A stretch of DNA of 64,000 nt, taken from contig CAVQEQ010000001.1 of NCBI GenBank assembly GCA_963711565.1, forward strand, positions 576,001 to 640,000. The letters are read 5' to 3'. The position numbers and the translations under genes were made by a program. Positions 1 through 9,495 of the stretch are shown here, one piece after another (the stretch's first letter is position 1; each line of letters starts with the position of its first letter). The stretch comes from an uncultured delta proteobacterium (GTDB taxonomy: Bacteria; Desulfobacterota; Binatia; Binatales; Binataceae). The notes under the pieces were generated by a model. That model had not been told where the DNA came from. It worked only from the letters and a program-made list of their open reading frames with translations, and ran no database searches.

Positions 1-40
1 GCTCATGCTTCAGCGCGTGCGATCCCATCGAATTGTGTCC

Positions 41-778
41 TTATGTCTTTTCGCGGATCGCCCGCGCGCCGATTCGCGTTGCGTACACTGCCACCGCGAT
101 GGTCGCGATGAATCCGACTGCCGTGAGCACCCATCCTGCCGGCGTGCGCTTGGCGCTGCCACCGGCCGCGCGCGCGAGGTCTCCGCTGATCGAGCCGATA
201 TAGACGTAGAGGATGGTGCCGGGAATCATTCCCGCCCACGACGCGAAAAAGTAGTCGCGCAGCATCACGCGCGTCAGCCCGTACGCGTAGTTGAGCAGGT
301 TGAATGGAAAGACCGGCGACAGGCGCGTCAGGATGACGATTTTCCATCCTTCCTTGCCGACGGCTTCGTCGATCGCCTTGAACTTCGCGTTGCCTTCGAG
401 CTTTGCACTCACCCAATCGCGCGCAAGGTAGCGGCCGACGAGAAATGCCGCCGTCGCGCCGAGCGTCGATGCGATCGAAACGTAGATCGATCCGCGCACG
501 ACACCGAAAATCACGCCCGCGCCAATCGTAAGGATCGAGCCGGGAAGGAACGCGACGCACGCCGCGATGTACATTGCGATGAACGTGATCGGAGCCAGCG
601 CGCCCAATCCACGAATCCAGTCGAGCGCATTGGTCAACCACGGTCCCGCGCCGACGCGATGCGCACCATACAGTACCGCGATGCCCGCGATGACGATCAG
701 TAGAATTTTTGGGCGGAAGAAAACGGAAACGCGGCTGGCGGCGGTGGTCATCTTCGGTGTTCCGGTGATGGCGAGCAT
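41..778 (-). CDS. TVP38/TMEM64 (DedA/SNARE-associated) family membrane protein
   Basis: FLPGSILTIGAGVIFG, RLSPVFPFNLLNYAYGLT and GMIPGTILYVYIG motifs; multiple TM helices; alternative start at 751. Confidence 0.9.
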   Translation of the reverse strand: MLAITGTPKMTTAASRVSVFFRPKILLIVIAGIAVLYGAHRVGAGPWLTNALDWIRGLGALAPITFIAMYIAACVAFLPGSILTIGAGVIFGVVRGSIYVSIASTLGATAAFLVGRYLARDWVSAKLEGNAKFKAIDEAVGKEGWKIVILTRLSPVFPFNLLNYAYGLTRVMLRDYFFASWAGMIPGTILYVYIGSISGDLARAAGGSAKRTPAGWVLTAVGFIATIAVAVYATRIGARAIREKT

Positions 779-831
779 CGCCGACGCGGACTGCTTATAA
801 TGCCATCGAGGATTGTGTAATCCTAATCCGC

Positions 832-1329
832 ATGTCGGTCCACGATCACGAAAAGCGCGCGCCCGTGAATCTCAAGGTCGGCGTCATCACCGCTAGCGAT
901 TCGCGCACGCCCGAGACCGACGAAAGCGGCAAGCTCATCCGCAGTTTGCTGGAAGCGGCCGGTCACCGCGTTGACTACTACGAAATCCTGCCGGACGACG
1001 GCGAGAAAATTTCCGCCGCGCTGGTCAACAACCTCGAGAACCTCGACGCGATCATCCTAAATGGCGGCACTGGCATTACAGCGCGCGACGGCACCACCGA
1101 AGTCGTGAAGTCGTTGCTCGACAAGGAGCTCGAAGGCTTCGGCGAATTGTTCCGCATGCTTTCGTTTCAGGAAATAGGTGCGGCCGCCATGATGAGCCGT
1201 GCGATTGCCGGCGTGCGTCACAGCAAATTCGTCGCCGCGCTGCCCGGTTCGCCCGACGCATGCCGGCTCGCGATGGAAAAGCTGCTGCTCCCCCAGCTCG
1301 GCCACATCACCTACCTGCTGAGCAAATGA
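832..1329 (+). CDS. moaB: Molybdenum cofactor biosynthesis protein B (MoaB/MogA family)
   Basis: ITASDSR, DESG, NGGTGITARDGT, GFGELFR and LPGSP motifs. Confidence 0.9.
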   Translation: MSVHDHEKRAPVNLKVGVITASDSRTPETDESGKLIRSLLEAAGHRVDYYEILPDDGEKISAALVNNLENLDAIILNGGTGITARDGTTEVVKSLLDKELEGFGELFRMLSFQEIGAAAMMSRAIAGVRHSKFVAALPGSPDACRLAMEKLLLPQLGHITYLLSK

Positions 1330-2027
1330 ACAAGTTCAAGATCAAACTGTTCGCGACGCTGCGCGAGCGGGCGCATGCGGCCGAGCTGACGCGCGAGTTT
1401 CCCGACGGCGCTACCGTCGCCGACATCTGGCGGCAGATGGTCCTCGAATTCCCCGAGCTCGGGGGCCATCACGATTCGGTCGGCTTCGCCGTCAACCAGG
1501 AATATGTCGAAGGCAACTTCAAGCCGCGGATGGGCGACGAGGTCGCATTCATTCCGCCGGTGAGCGGCGGCGCCGGGACGCCGGTATACGTCGGCAAAAT
1601 TACAATCGGCCGCAATCCGATCAACGTCGCCGCGCTGGAACGCGAAGTTGCCGACCCCGCCGCTGGCGCAATCGTATCCTTCACCGGCACGACTCGCCGC
1701 GACAACGCGGGCCGGCGCGTGCTTCGTCTCGAGTACGAAGCCTACGAGCCGATGGCGCTATCCGAGATGCGCAAGCTCGCTGTCGAGGCGGGCGCGCGAT
1801 GGAAAATCACACGCATCGCGATCGCACATCGCGTCGGCGTCGTCGAGATTGGCGAAACTTCGGTCGCGATCGCAGTCTCGGCACCCCATCGCGCCGAGGC
1901 CTTCGAGGCGTGCCGCTTCGCAATCGATCGTCTCAAGGAAATCGTCCCGATCTGGAAGAAGGAACATTTCGAAGGCGGCGAAGTCTGGATCGGCTGCCAA
2001 ACGTCCCATCCCTCGCCGCTCACATGA
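1326..2027 (+). CDS. Fused molybdopterin synthase MoaD-MoaE (MoaX-type)
   Basis: ATG at 1326 overlaps the moaB stop (ATGA). N-terminal MoaD (KLFATLRE...GDEVAFIPPVSGG) is followed by MoaE (LEYEAYEPMA, HRVG, VPIWKKE). Confidence 0.9.
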   Translation: MNKFKIKLFATLRERAHAAELTREFPDGATVADIWRQMVLEFPELGGHHDSVGFAVNQEYVEGNFKPRMGDEVAFIPPVSGGAGTPVYVGKITIGRNPINVAALEREVADPAAGAIVSFTGTTRRDNAGRRVLRLEYEAYEPMALSEMRKLAVEAGARWKITRIAIAHRVGVVEIGETSVAIAVSAPHRAEAFEACRFAIDRLKEIVPIWKKEHFEGGEVWIGCQTSHPSPLT

Positions 2028-2299
2028 GCGCCTCAGTGGCACTCAGCATGAAGGTCGGCGACAAGATACGAATCGTCAAGCTCCCCAAGGGCCTCGTTGA
2101 TGACGAACAGCTCCAAACTAAGTCTCTGTTTGAACTCTGTCTCGGCCGAGTTTTCCTAATCCGGGAGATCGTTCCAGTGGTTGAGACCGGCGGTGAGTTG
2201 CTGGAACTTCACGTCGGCAAAGTTCTCGGTGAGGCCGCATTTGCACACAGCATCTGGATAGAGTCAGAACTGGTCGAACTCGTCAGACGTTCCCGCTGA
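2024..2299 (+). CDS. Hypothetical small protein (MKVGDKIRIV, possibly SH3-like)
   Basis: ATGA overlap with the moaD-moaE stop; 3' part of track ORF 1799..2299. Confidence 0.55.
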   Translation: MSASVALSMKVGDKIRIVKLPKGLVDDEQLQTKSLFELCLGRVFLIREIVPVVETGGELLELHVGKVLGEAAFAHSIWIESELVELVRRSR

Positions 2300-2358
2300 G
2301 CAGATACCGCCGGACCCCATTATTGACCGCACGGACAGTTACCAGTTACCTTGATTAG

Positions 2359-3300
2359 ATGGCGTTGCGCGAAACATCTGTCGAGAAGATCATCCTGGCC
2401 GAGCCGCGCGGCTTCTGCGCCGGCGTCGATCGTGCGGTCGAGGCCGTACGCAGTGCGTTGCGGTCATACGGCCGCCCGCTCTATGTGCGTCATCAGATCG
2501 TGCACAACCGCTTCGTCCTCGAGGCGCTCGAACGCGAAGGCGCGATTTTTGTCGAGAACCTCGACGAGGTGCCCACCGGACAGCGCGTCATCTTCAGCGC
2601 CCACGGCGTCGCGCCCAGCGAATGGGACCGCGCCAGGGATCGCGCGCTGCGCGTCATCGACGCCACCTGTCCGCTCGTCACCAAGGTCCATCTCGAGGTC
2701 AAGAAATTCGACAACGAGGACCGCACCGTGATCCTGGTCGGTCACGCCGGCCACGAGGAAGTGAAGGGCACCCTCGGCGTCGCGCCCGGCAAGGTGCTGC
2801 TGGTCGGCAGCGTCGACGAGGCACGCACCGTCGCAGTCCAGAATCCCGATCGCATCGCGGCCGTCACGCAGACCACGCTCAGCGTCAACGACACGCGCGA
2901 GATCATGGAGACGCTCAAGGAGCGTTTCCCCACGATGCAGGCGCCAAAGACCGACGACATCTGCTACGCGACCCAGAACCGCCAGAACGCAGTCAAGGAA
3001 CTTGTGCAGGTCAGCGATGCGGTGCTGGTCGTGGGCTCGAAGCAAAGCTCGAATGCGAACCGGCTGGTCGAGGTGGCGCGGATGCGCGGCGCGCGCGCGT
3101 TCCTGGTCGATTCGATCGCCGACGTAGAGCCCGAGATGCTCGAAGGTGTGCGCGCGCTCGGCCTGACCGCGAGCGCGTCGTCGCCGGAATGGCTGGTCGA
3201 GGAAATCATCGGCGCTTTCGCCCGCTCCGGCGCCGAGGTCGAGCTGCTAAGCGTCGCCAAGGAGCGCGTGCATTTCCCGTTGCCCCTGCCCGCGGACTGA
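2359..3300 (+). CDS. ispH: 4-hydroxy-3-methylbut-2-enyl diphosphate reductase
   Basis: PRGFCAGV, IVHN, SAHGV, DATCPLV, TQTTLS, ICYATQNRQ and SSN motifs. Confidence 0.97.
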   Translation: MALRETSVEKIILAEPRGFCAGVDRAVEAVRSALRSYGRPLYVRHQIVHNRFVLEALEREGAIFVENLDEVPTGQRVIFSAHGVAPSEWDRARDRALRVIDATCPLVTKVHLEVKKFDNEDRTVILVGHAGHEEVKGTLGVAPGKVLLVGSVDEARTVAVQNPDRIAAVTQTTLSVNDTREIMETLKERFPTMQAPKTDDICYATQNRQNAVKELVQVSDAVLVVGSKQSSNANRLVEVARMRGARAFLVDSIADVEPEMLEGVRALGLTASASSPEWLVEEIIGAFARSGAEVELLSVAKERVHFPLPLPAD

Positions 3301-3441
3301 TCTGCCTCCATTCCCTGCAAGGAAAAGCTTTGCACACAAATGATACGAGATGAGGCTCGCCGCTGCAGGCAGCCAGTCTGCGCCACGGCGCCGCCGCTTG
3401 CTTTCCCGCTGCTGTCGCCATCGCGATCGGCGTCGAGCGGG

Positions 3442-4290
3442 CTAGGGGACGGCGCGCGGGAGAGCGCGGCGTTGAGGTGGGCGAGGGGTGTGGCTTTGGA
3501 TCTGGCGGTGGGCTTCTTCTCCGGAGCAGAGCTCGGCGACAGGGCGCATTTCGCGTGAAATCCAGGAGGACTCGGGCGGGAGGCTTGCGGCGCGCATCTG
3601 CTCGTGGGCCTGATCAACGTTGTCCACGAAATGCAGGTGGTCGGCGCGGGGGAGGACCACCATTTGCTTGGGCCGAGGAGTGCGGCTGTAAAGGTCGTGC
3701 ATGCCAGCGATGGGAGTAAGGACGTCGTCCTCGGCAACGATGTAGAGGGTGGCCGGCGGGCGTGGCCAGTCGAAACTGAGGGTGGCGGGGATCATTCCCG
3801 GCTTGGGATTGGACGCTCCGCCGGGGGCGAGCGCGACCACAGCCCGGATGCGCGTATCGGTTTCGGGTAAGGCCAAGGCGGTCCAGCCGCCGGCGCTGTG
3901 GCCGACGATCGCGATGCGATCGGGATCGGACCGGGCGGTGCAGGAAGTCGCGCCGGCGAGCATGTAGTCAAGCAGGAAGCGGGCATCGGGAACGCGGTTG
4001 GCGATGAAGCCTTGGACACTGTCGGCGATCTCCGGGGCGACGACTTCGGAATGATCGAGGGCCGCGACCAGGTAGCCCTGACTCGCGAGGTGCATGGTGA
4101 GGTAGGTGGCGGAGCGACGGTTGCCGCGGCTGTGGTGAGAGTAAAGGACGAGCGGCCACGTGCCGGGCTCGTCGGGGCACCAGATATCGCAGGGGAAGAG
4201 ACGGTCGCGGGCCGGGTCGCGGGCTTCGAAGGTGTGGGTGCAGACGGCGAACGGGCCGGAGGCGGAGGGTGCGGAGGCAGGGCTATTCAT
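3442..4290 (-). CDS. Alpha/beta hydrolase (chlorophyllase/dienelactone hydrolase-like)
   Basis: GHSAGG nucleophile elbow, PLVLYSH, ADHLHF; C-terminus possibly frameshifted near 3487. Confidence 0.8.
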   Translation of the reverse strand: MNSPASAPSASGPFAVCTHTFEARDPARDRLFPCDIWCPDEPGTWPLVLYSHHSRGNRRSATYLTMHLASQGYLVAALDHSEVVAPEIADSVQGFIANRVPDARFLLDYMLAGATSCTARSDPDRIAIVGHSAGGWTALALPETDTRIRAVVALAPGGASNPKPGMIPATLSFDWPRPPATLYIVAEDDVLTPIAGMHDLYSRTPRPKQMVVLPRADHLHFVDNVDQAHEQMRAASLPPESSWISREMRPVAELCSGEEAHRQIQSHTPRPPQRRALPRAVP

Positions 4291-4487
4291 CTGGAATTTC
4301 CATTTTGGCTCCCGGTTGCGAAGATTTTATCACACGCCCCAACTTCTGATCCTCAACGGCTCCCAAAGCACAAGAAAAGGTGCTCCGGGCGATTTGCCGG
4401 AGCACCTCAAGTTCGAGTTGTTCGAGTGACTCTTCAAGCGGAGCCCTGGAACCCCGCTTGATAGCGCGCCTTGTTACGAGTTCATCA

Positions 4488-7070
4488 TCACTGGCATCCC
4501 GGCAATGCCGCGCCACTACCGCCTGCCGTGACGGCCCCGTTTATCGCCAACGCTCTGCCATTCAGCGTTGCCCCGCTGTTCACCGTGATTGAGATTGAAG
4601 CCAATATGTTTCCTTGCATCACGGCGGTGGTGTCGATCGTCGCCGAACTACCAACCTGCCAGAAAATATTGGATGCCTGAGCGCCGTTGGCCAGGACTAC
4701 CTGCAGGCCCGGCGTGACGTTGAGCGTCGTTCCGATCTGGAAGATCCAAACCGCGTTGGTGTCTCCCTGCGCGTCAAGGGTCAGGTTGCCCGATGATATG
4801 GCCATCGAGGTCGAAGGGGCAGTGTAAACACCCGGTGGCAGAGTTAAGCCGCCTATGTTTCCCGTCTCGGTCGCTCCGGGCGACAGGGCGAACAGAGCAT
4901 TGTAGGCGGTGAGCAGGTCAGCTTGAGCGGTCATCGCGGCGGTATTGTCAATGTTTGTGGTCCCGTTCACGGTTGCCGGCGGAAAGCCCGTTACCGACGT
5001 GCCTGGATACAAACCGAGATTTCCATTCACCACTATGGCGCCGGGAGCCGTAACCGTAGTGGCGGCGAGAATCGCGTAACTGGAAGCCGATCCGAGATCG
5101 ACAGGCGACTGACCCGTAGTGGCCGATCCGGTGGTGAAGCTCCATGAAGTTGTAGGCAGCGCATTGCCGGCGAGATCCATGGCTCCAGCAATCGTGGCAG
5201 TGAAGGTCGTGCTTGCGGCCAAAGTACTCGTCGGAGTGAAGGTCACTATTTCGTCGGATACATCATAGGAGACTTTCCCGACTACGACCGTTGCCCCAGG
5301 CCCCGTGACAGTGAAGGTCGTGGGGTTGAGCGTCGAGGAGTCCATAGCTTCGTCGAAGGTTGCGTTGACCGACGCGTCGATACCCACGCCGGCAGCATAA
5401 TTCGCCGGGTTCGTAGAAGTAACTGTCGGGGGAGTGCTGTCCGGGCCGAGTCCGGTAGTGAAGGTCCAGACATAGTTGCTTGCCAGTGCGTTAGCCGACA
5501 GGTCCGTGACCCCGGTCGTGATAGTCGCGGTGTAGATGGTGCTGGCTGCGAGGACGCTGCTCGGCGTGAACGTCGCAGTGTTGCCAATCGTGCTGTAGGT
5601 CACAGTGCCCACGACAGGCGTTACTCCCGGTCCCATCAGGGTAAACGTCGTTCCGTTGAGGGTCGTCGAGTCCATCCCCTTGTCGAAGGTAGCGACGATT
5701 TTCTGATTGGTGCCGACGCCGGTCGCGCTGCTGGCAGGATTGGTCGCGCTTACGAGAGGCGGAGTCGTGTCCGGGCCCGCGCCGGTCGTGAAGGTCCATA
5801 CGTAGTTACTCGCCAGCGGCAAAAGTCCCGCGCTCTCAGCCGCCGTTGTGATCGTGGCGGTGAACGATTCGCCGGCCGGATAGGAGCCGGTTACCGCAAA
5901 GATTGCGGTGTTGTTGGTCGGATCGTAGGTGACGGTTCCGGGGATGGGCGTTTCCGACGGCCCTGTCACCGTGAAGGTCCCTGGCGCGAGGATCGTCACG
6001 GAATCCATCGGCTCACTGAAAGTGGCCGTGATTTCCTGTGTCGTTCCCATTCCCTGTCCACCACAGCCCACGATTGCAGGGGCCGACGAAATCACTGCCG
6101 GAGCGATCGCAGTGGGAGTCGCAGTAGGAGTTGCGGTTGCCGTCGCGGTAGCAGTAGCCGTGGCGGTGGCTGTGGCTGTGGCCGTTGGAGTATCAGTCGC
6201 CGTCACGGTCGGAGTATCGGTGGCAGTGGCGGTCGCCGTGTCTGTCGCAGTCACGGTTGGAGTGTCAGTCGGAGTCGCGGTCGCCGTGGCAGTTGAGGTG
6301 ACGGTGGCCGTGGACGTTGCGGTATTGGTCGCAGTCGCGGTTGCAGTGGCAGTAGCCGTCGAGGTTGCTGTGGCCGTAGGCGTTTCAGTCGCGGTTGCTG
6401 TCGGTGTGGCAGTTGAGCTCGCAGTTGCGGTTACTGTCGGTGTGGCGGTCGTGGTCGCCGTGGCTGTGGTCGTGGCAGTGGGGGTCGCCGTCGCGGTGGC
6501 CGTCGTAGTCGCGGTTGAGGTCGCGGTGGATGTGGCCGTCGCGGTTGAGGTCGCCGTGGCGGTGGGGGCCTGTGTGGCAGTTGCCGTCGGCGTCGCGGTT
6601 GGCGGAATAGTGGCCGGGCCAGTGGTGAAATTCGATACGAAGCCCTTCCTCAGCTTTTTGCCGTTGGTGGCCCGAATCGCTCCGACGAACTTGATCCTGT
6701 ACCTTGTGTTGAATGCAAGAGCTCCTTGCGGGGTAAAAGTCACGCTATTGCCGCTGCACGTGATGCTGCTCGCCACGATACGAACCCGCTTGAGCGCATC
6801 GAGCCGGAATGTATCTGCGTTAATATTCTTGCAGCGAATCGGCATGCTGAAGTTCACGGTGATAGTGGTATCGACGGACACATCGATGGCGTTGTCGACT
6901 GGATTCGTAGACATTACCTCGGGCCGCGGATTCGAAGCTGCGGCCGCCGATCCGGCCATTCCCACGATTACTAGAAACGCCGCTACTGAGATTCTACTGA
7001 CTATATATTTGAGCATCATCGTGCCCTTTTTCGTTGAAGACATGGCATTCATTTCCTTGTTTATTTGCAT
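4488..7070 (-). CDS. Secreted Ig-like (Big_5) repeat protein with Thr/Ala linker and C-terminal DUF3494 ice-binding domain
   Basis: Signal peptide; four Big_5-like units (P.V.ST.P...F...MD...W.FTTG). DUF3494 motifs: VDLGSASSYAILA, LPPGVY, LTLDAQGDTNAVWIFQIG, ASNIFWQVGSSAT, LNGRALA. Confidence 0.9.
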   Translation of the reverse strand: MQINKEMNAMSSTKKGTMMLKYIVSRISVAAFLVIVGMAGSAAAASNPRPEVMSTNPVDNAIDVSVDTTITVNFSMPIRCKNINADTFRLDALKRVRIVASSITCSGNSVTFTPQGALAFNTRYRIKFVGAIRATNGKKLRKGFVSNFTTGPATIPPTATPTATATQAPTATATSTATATSTATSTATTTATATATPTATTTATATTTATPTVTATASSTATPTATATETPTATATSTATATATATATNTATSTATVTSTATATATPTDTPTVTATDTATATATDTPTVTATDTPTATATATATATATATATATPTATPTAIAPAVISSAPAIVGCGGQGMGTTQEITATFSEPMDSVTILAPGTFTVTGPSETPIPGTVTYDPTNNTAIFAVTGSYPAGESFTATITTAAESAGLLPLASNYVWTFTTGAGPDTTPPLVSATNPASSATGVGTNQKIVATFDKGMDSTTLNGTTFTLMGPGVTPVVGTVTYSTIGNTATFTPSSVLAASTIYTATITTGVTDLSANALASNYVWTFTTGLGPDSTPPTVTSTNPANYAAGVGIDASVNATFDEAMDSSTLNPTTFTVTGPGATVVVGKVSYDVSDEIVTFTPTSTLAASTTFTATIAGAMDLAGNALPTTSWSFTTGSATTGQSPVDLGSASSYAILAATTVTAPGAIVVNGNLGLYPGTSVTGFPPATVNGTTNIDNTAAMTAQADLLTAYNALFALSPGATETGNIGGLTLPPGVYTAPSTSMAISSGNLTLDAQGDTNAVWIFQIGTTLNVTPGLQVVLANGAQASNIFWQVGSSATIDTTAVMQGNILASISITVNSGATLNGRALAINGAVTAGGSGAALPGCQ
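6112..6610 (-). repeat. Thr-Ala/Thr-Pro low-complexity coding repeat inside the ice-binding protein
   Basis: About 165 aa of TATATP repeats; produces the antisense VAVAV shadow ORF. Confidence 0.9.
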
Positions 7071-7109
7071 CCGATGAAGCTCGAAGTATTTCGCGGCATT
7101 GCGTATTGA

Positions 7110-7385
7110 CTATTCGGCATAAGCGGTCACGCCGTATCGATAAAATATTTGCGCAGGCTTGCGTGTAACTTGTTCGAGAGACGCGGCCTTTTCAGTTGTC
7201 GTCGAGGCCGACAAAAGACTGCGAATGCCGGCGTATCCGGCTGCGCCCGCGACAATCGCAACCATCAGCATCAGGCCGCACACCGTCACCAGGTATCTTT
7301 CGAGCTGCAAATCAGGACGTGGACTTCGAATTAACGCACGCTGTTGGCACTCTGCTCGAATGCCGCCCCTGCCTCGCATCTTCAC
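7110..7385 (-). CDS. Hypothetical single-TM protein
   Basis: ORF directly upstream of, and co-oriented with, the ice-binding gene; one hydrophobic helix. Confidence 0.45.
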   Translation of the reverse strand: MKMRGRGGIRAECQQRALIRSPRPDLQLERYLVTVCGLMLMVAIVAGAAGYAGIRSLLSASTTTEKAASLEQVTRKPAQIFYRYGVTAYAE

Positions 7386-7801
7386 TTGCTTCTGATTCCC
7401 CTTTTGACGAAACGTCGCGGCTCAGAAGAAAACTCCTAAGCTCGCGAGTCCGCCAGTTACGGTAAACGCAAGTTTCGTACCTCTGACGAGTTCGGCGGCT
7501 TCGGTTATTTGGGTAACCGTGAGCAAGGCGAGGGTACTAGTCGGAAGCTCCGAATCGCTTTTGAAAGCTAACCGCAGGAGATAGTCAGTCGAACCGATAG
7601 TACCGAAAGAGATGGCAAGGTATTGCCACCCAAGAACCGCGATGACAAAAAAGTGGCTATTTGAATCGGTGCCGCGCGGCTCAAATACCAAAGCCGGCGC
7701 CCGCAAACGCTCGGCGTGCGAGATCGTTTACGGGGATTATCTTTGCTTCATAGTCGGAGCGCCGCGCAGACCCTCTTCGCGCAGCCGCTCGAGTGACTAT
7801 T

Positions 7802-8197
7802 CTATTTTGAAGGCGCGGAAGTGAGTACGGTGGCAGGTTTCACGATTGCGTAACTCGCGACCCCGGCCAGCACGAGGCCGACGCCCGCGAGTCCGAACGA
7901 CTGCCACAGCGGTAGCCATTCGTGGAGCAACAGTATCGCGGCGTACAGGATGCATACTCCGCCGGATAGCATCACTGCTATTACAGTTAGAGTAGCTATT
8001 GCACTAGCTAGTCGAGTCTCCAGCGCCGCACTCATGCTGGTCTCCAGCATGTGGGCCTCGGACTGCAGGATACGCGTTACGTCGTTGACCGCCCTGCCGA
8101 CCAGCGTCGGCCAATCCTGTAGAGTCATCGGCGCGCCGTTAGCCATCTGCGATTGTTTTTCTGTCATAGGATCAACCGTGCGAGTTGCAAGGTTCAA
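7802..8197 (-). CDS. YqjE/phage-holin-like (superfamily III) two-TM membrane protein
   Basis: Helical N-terminus plus two C-terminal TMs; start overlaps the upstream stop; context of an elaB/yqjD-E-K-like cluster. Confidence 0.6.
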   Translation of the reverse strand: MNLATRTVDPMTEKQSQMANGAPMTLQDWPTLVGRAVNDVTRILQSEAHMLETSMSAALETRLASAIATLTVIAVMLSGGVCILYAAILLLHEWLPLWQSFGLAGVGLVLAGVASYAIVKPATVLTSAPSK

Positions 8198-8487
8198 CGC
8201 TCGTCGCTTGAACCATGCCTTGCGATTGCGACGCCGAGCAATGCCGCGATTACAATCGGGCCCGCGCCGCGGCTGTTGACGATCGAGCCGAACACAAAAC
8301 CCACTGCTCCGGCTATCAGCGAGGCGCCAACCGAATGACTCTCGATCACGTGGTCGGGACGCATCTCGCCTTCAGCCTGTTCGACTTTCTCATTGACGTC
8401 CGCCAAAGTATCGCGCAGGTTGCGGCGGGCGTCGTCGCGCTCAATCTGGATCGCTGAAATCTGTTCTTCCGTTGTCATGGTGTCCAT
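8194..8487 (-). CDS. DUF3618/YqjK-like small membrane-anchored protein
   Basis: N-terminal coiled coil (IERDDARRNLRDTLADV) plus hydrophobic C-terminus. Confidence 0.55.
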   Translation of the reverse strand: MDTMTTEEQISAIQIERDDARRNLRDTLADVNEKVEQAEGEMRPDHVIESHSVGASLIAGAVGFVFGSIVNSRGAGPIVIAALLGVAIARHGSSDER

Positions 8488-8782
8488 TGCGTTCGCTTCG
8501 GCCGCGAGCTTTCCAGCGGTCTGATCTTTGGTTGTCGTGATTGCCGGTGACCAGGTCCACGATGAAACTGGTCGCCGCGCCGCGCAGCGCGATTCGACCT
8601 ACTATGGTCAGGAGCGCCAGCCCGATGCGGCTGTTGGCGCCACCGCCGAGGACGAATCCGACGCCGCCCGCGATAGCCAGCGCCGTCAGCGGTTCTTCCT
8701 TTATGTATTCGCCGATATCCCGCTCGCGCCGCCGCTGCCTCTCATCCGCTGCCGACACGCCGGCCGCTGCCGAATTATTCAC
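8441..8782 (-). CDS. Hypothetical membrane protein (DUF883-like helix)
   Basis: YIKEEPLTALAIAGGVGFVLG resembles the ElaB/YqjD C-terminus. Confidence 0.55.
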   Translation of the reverse strand: MNNSAAAGVSAADERQRRRERDIGEYIKEEPLTALAIAGGVGFVLGGGANSRIGLALLTIVGRIALRGAATSFIVDLVTGNHDNQRSDRWKARGRSERNGHHDNGRTDFSDPD

Positions 8783-8796
8783 TGCCCTGCCCCGGC

Positions 8797-9036
8797 TCAG
8801 GAAACGCGCCTAACGATTTGCGCGGCGACGTAGCCCACCGCAAACGCGGCTGCGATTGCGAACCACGGTTCACGGCGCACGAGCTCTCGCAGGTCGAAGT
8901 CCGCTCCGCGATCCTTGACGTATTGCTGCGCCGCATCGTAGCCGTCCTTAACTGCCTGGCTGGCTTTGTCCGCCGCCTGACGGCCCTGATCCATTGCGCT
9001 GCGGACGGTAGAATTTGCGGTATCTTCCATTGTCAT
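8797..9036 (-). CDS. ElaB/YqjD/DUF883 family protein
   Basis: Ala/Gln-rich helix ending in VRREPWFAIAAAFAVGYVAAQIVRR. Confidence 0.75.
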   Translation of the reverse strand: MTMEDTANSTVRSAMDQGRQAADKASQAVKDGYDAAQQYVKDRGADFDLRELVRREPWFAIAAAFAVGYVAAQIVRRVS

Positions 9037-9276
9037 CTCGGTTACCTCTGAGTTCGCGGGTCGCTAAGTACGTTTCTTGGTTTATCGAATTGAACGGTTC
9101 AACGCGCGGAAAATTTGGCGGGCACCGAGGGAGGGGGGAGTCTCCCGGATGCCCGCCGTTTCACCCATCCCCTCGCGGCGAACGCCGCTCGGTTGCTGGA
9201 AGAATGATCGCTTGAGGGCCGGTTGATTTGATTCTTATGGATCTCAATCGAGGTCTCATTTGCCGCTACTCGCTGA

Positions 9277-9474
9277 CTACGTCAACGCCGGTATCTTGAA
9301 TCCGGGTATCGCTCCGATCAGCCCGAACGTCTGCAATACCCAAATCAACACCACCACGAACACCACGATATTGAGTAAACTTTTGATCGCACCAGCCATC
9401 GGGATGTAGGTATTGATTAGCCACATCACCAACCCTATTACGACCAGAATCAGTACTATATTGACTAGTGGCAT
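9277..9474 (-). CDS. Thivi_2564-family small membrane protein
   Basis: LVMWLINTYIPM...IKSLLNIVV...WVLQTFGLI pattern; AAGGAG RBS upstream. Confidence 0.75.
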   Translation of the reverse strand: MPLVNIVLILVVIGLVMWLINTYIPMAGAIKSLLNIVVFVVVLIWVLQTFGLIGAIPGFKIPALT

Positions 9475-9495
9475 ATGCCCACTCCTTGCTATCCG

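Noticed and set aside
5929-7077. 382-aa Val/Ala-rich ORF on the + strand
   Set aside because: Antisense shadow of the Thr-Ala repeat in the ice-binding gene
7422-7706. 94-aa ORF or possible riboswitch upstream of the ice-binding operon
   Set aside because: No RBS or recognisable motif; I could not match a c-di-GMP or other riboswitch consensus by eye
7802-8197. Holin-like genes (also 36312..36842) as evidence of a prophage
   Set aside because: YqjE-type membrane proteins in a stress cluster; no phage structural, lysis or integrase genes
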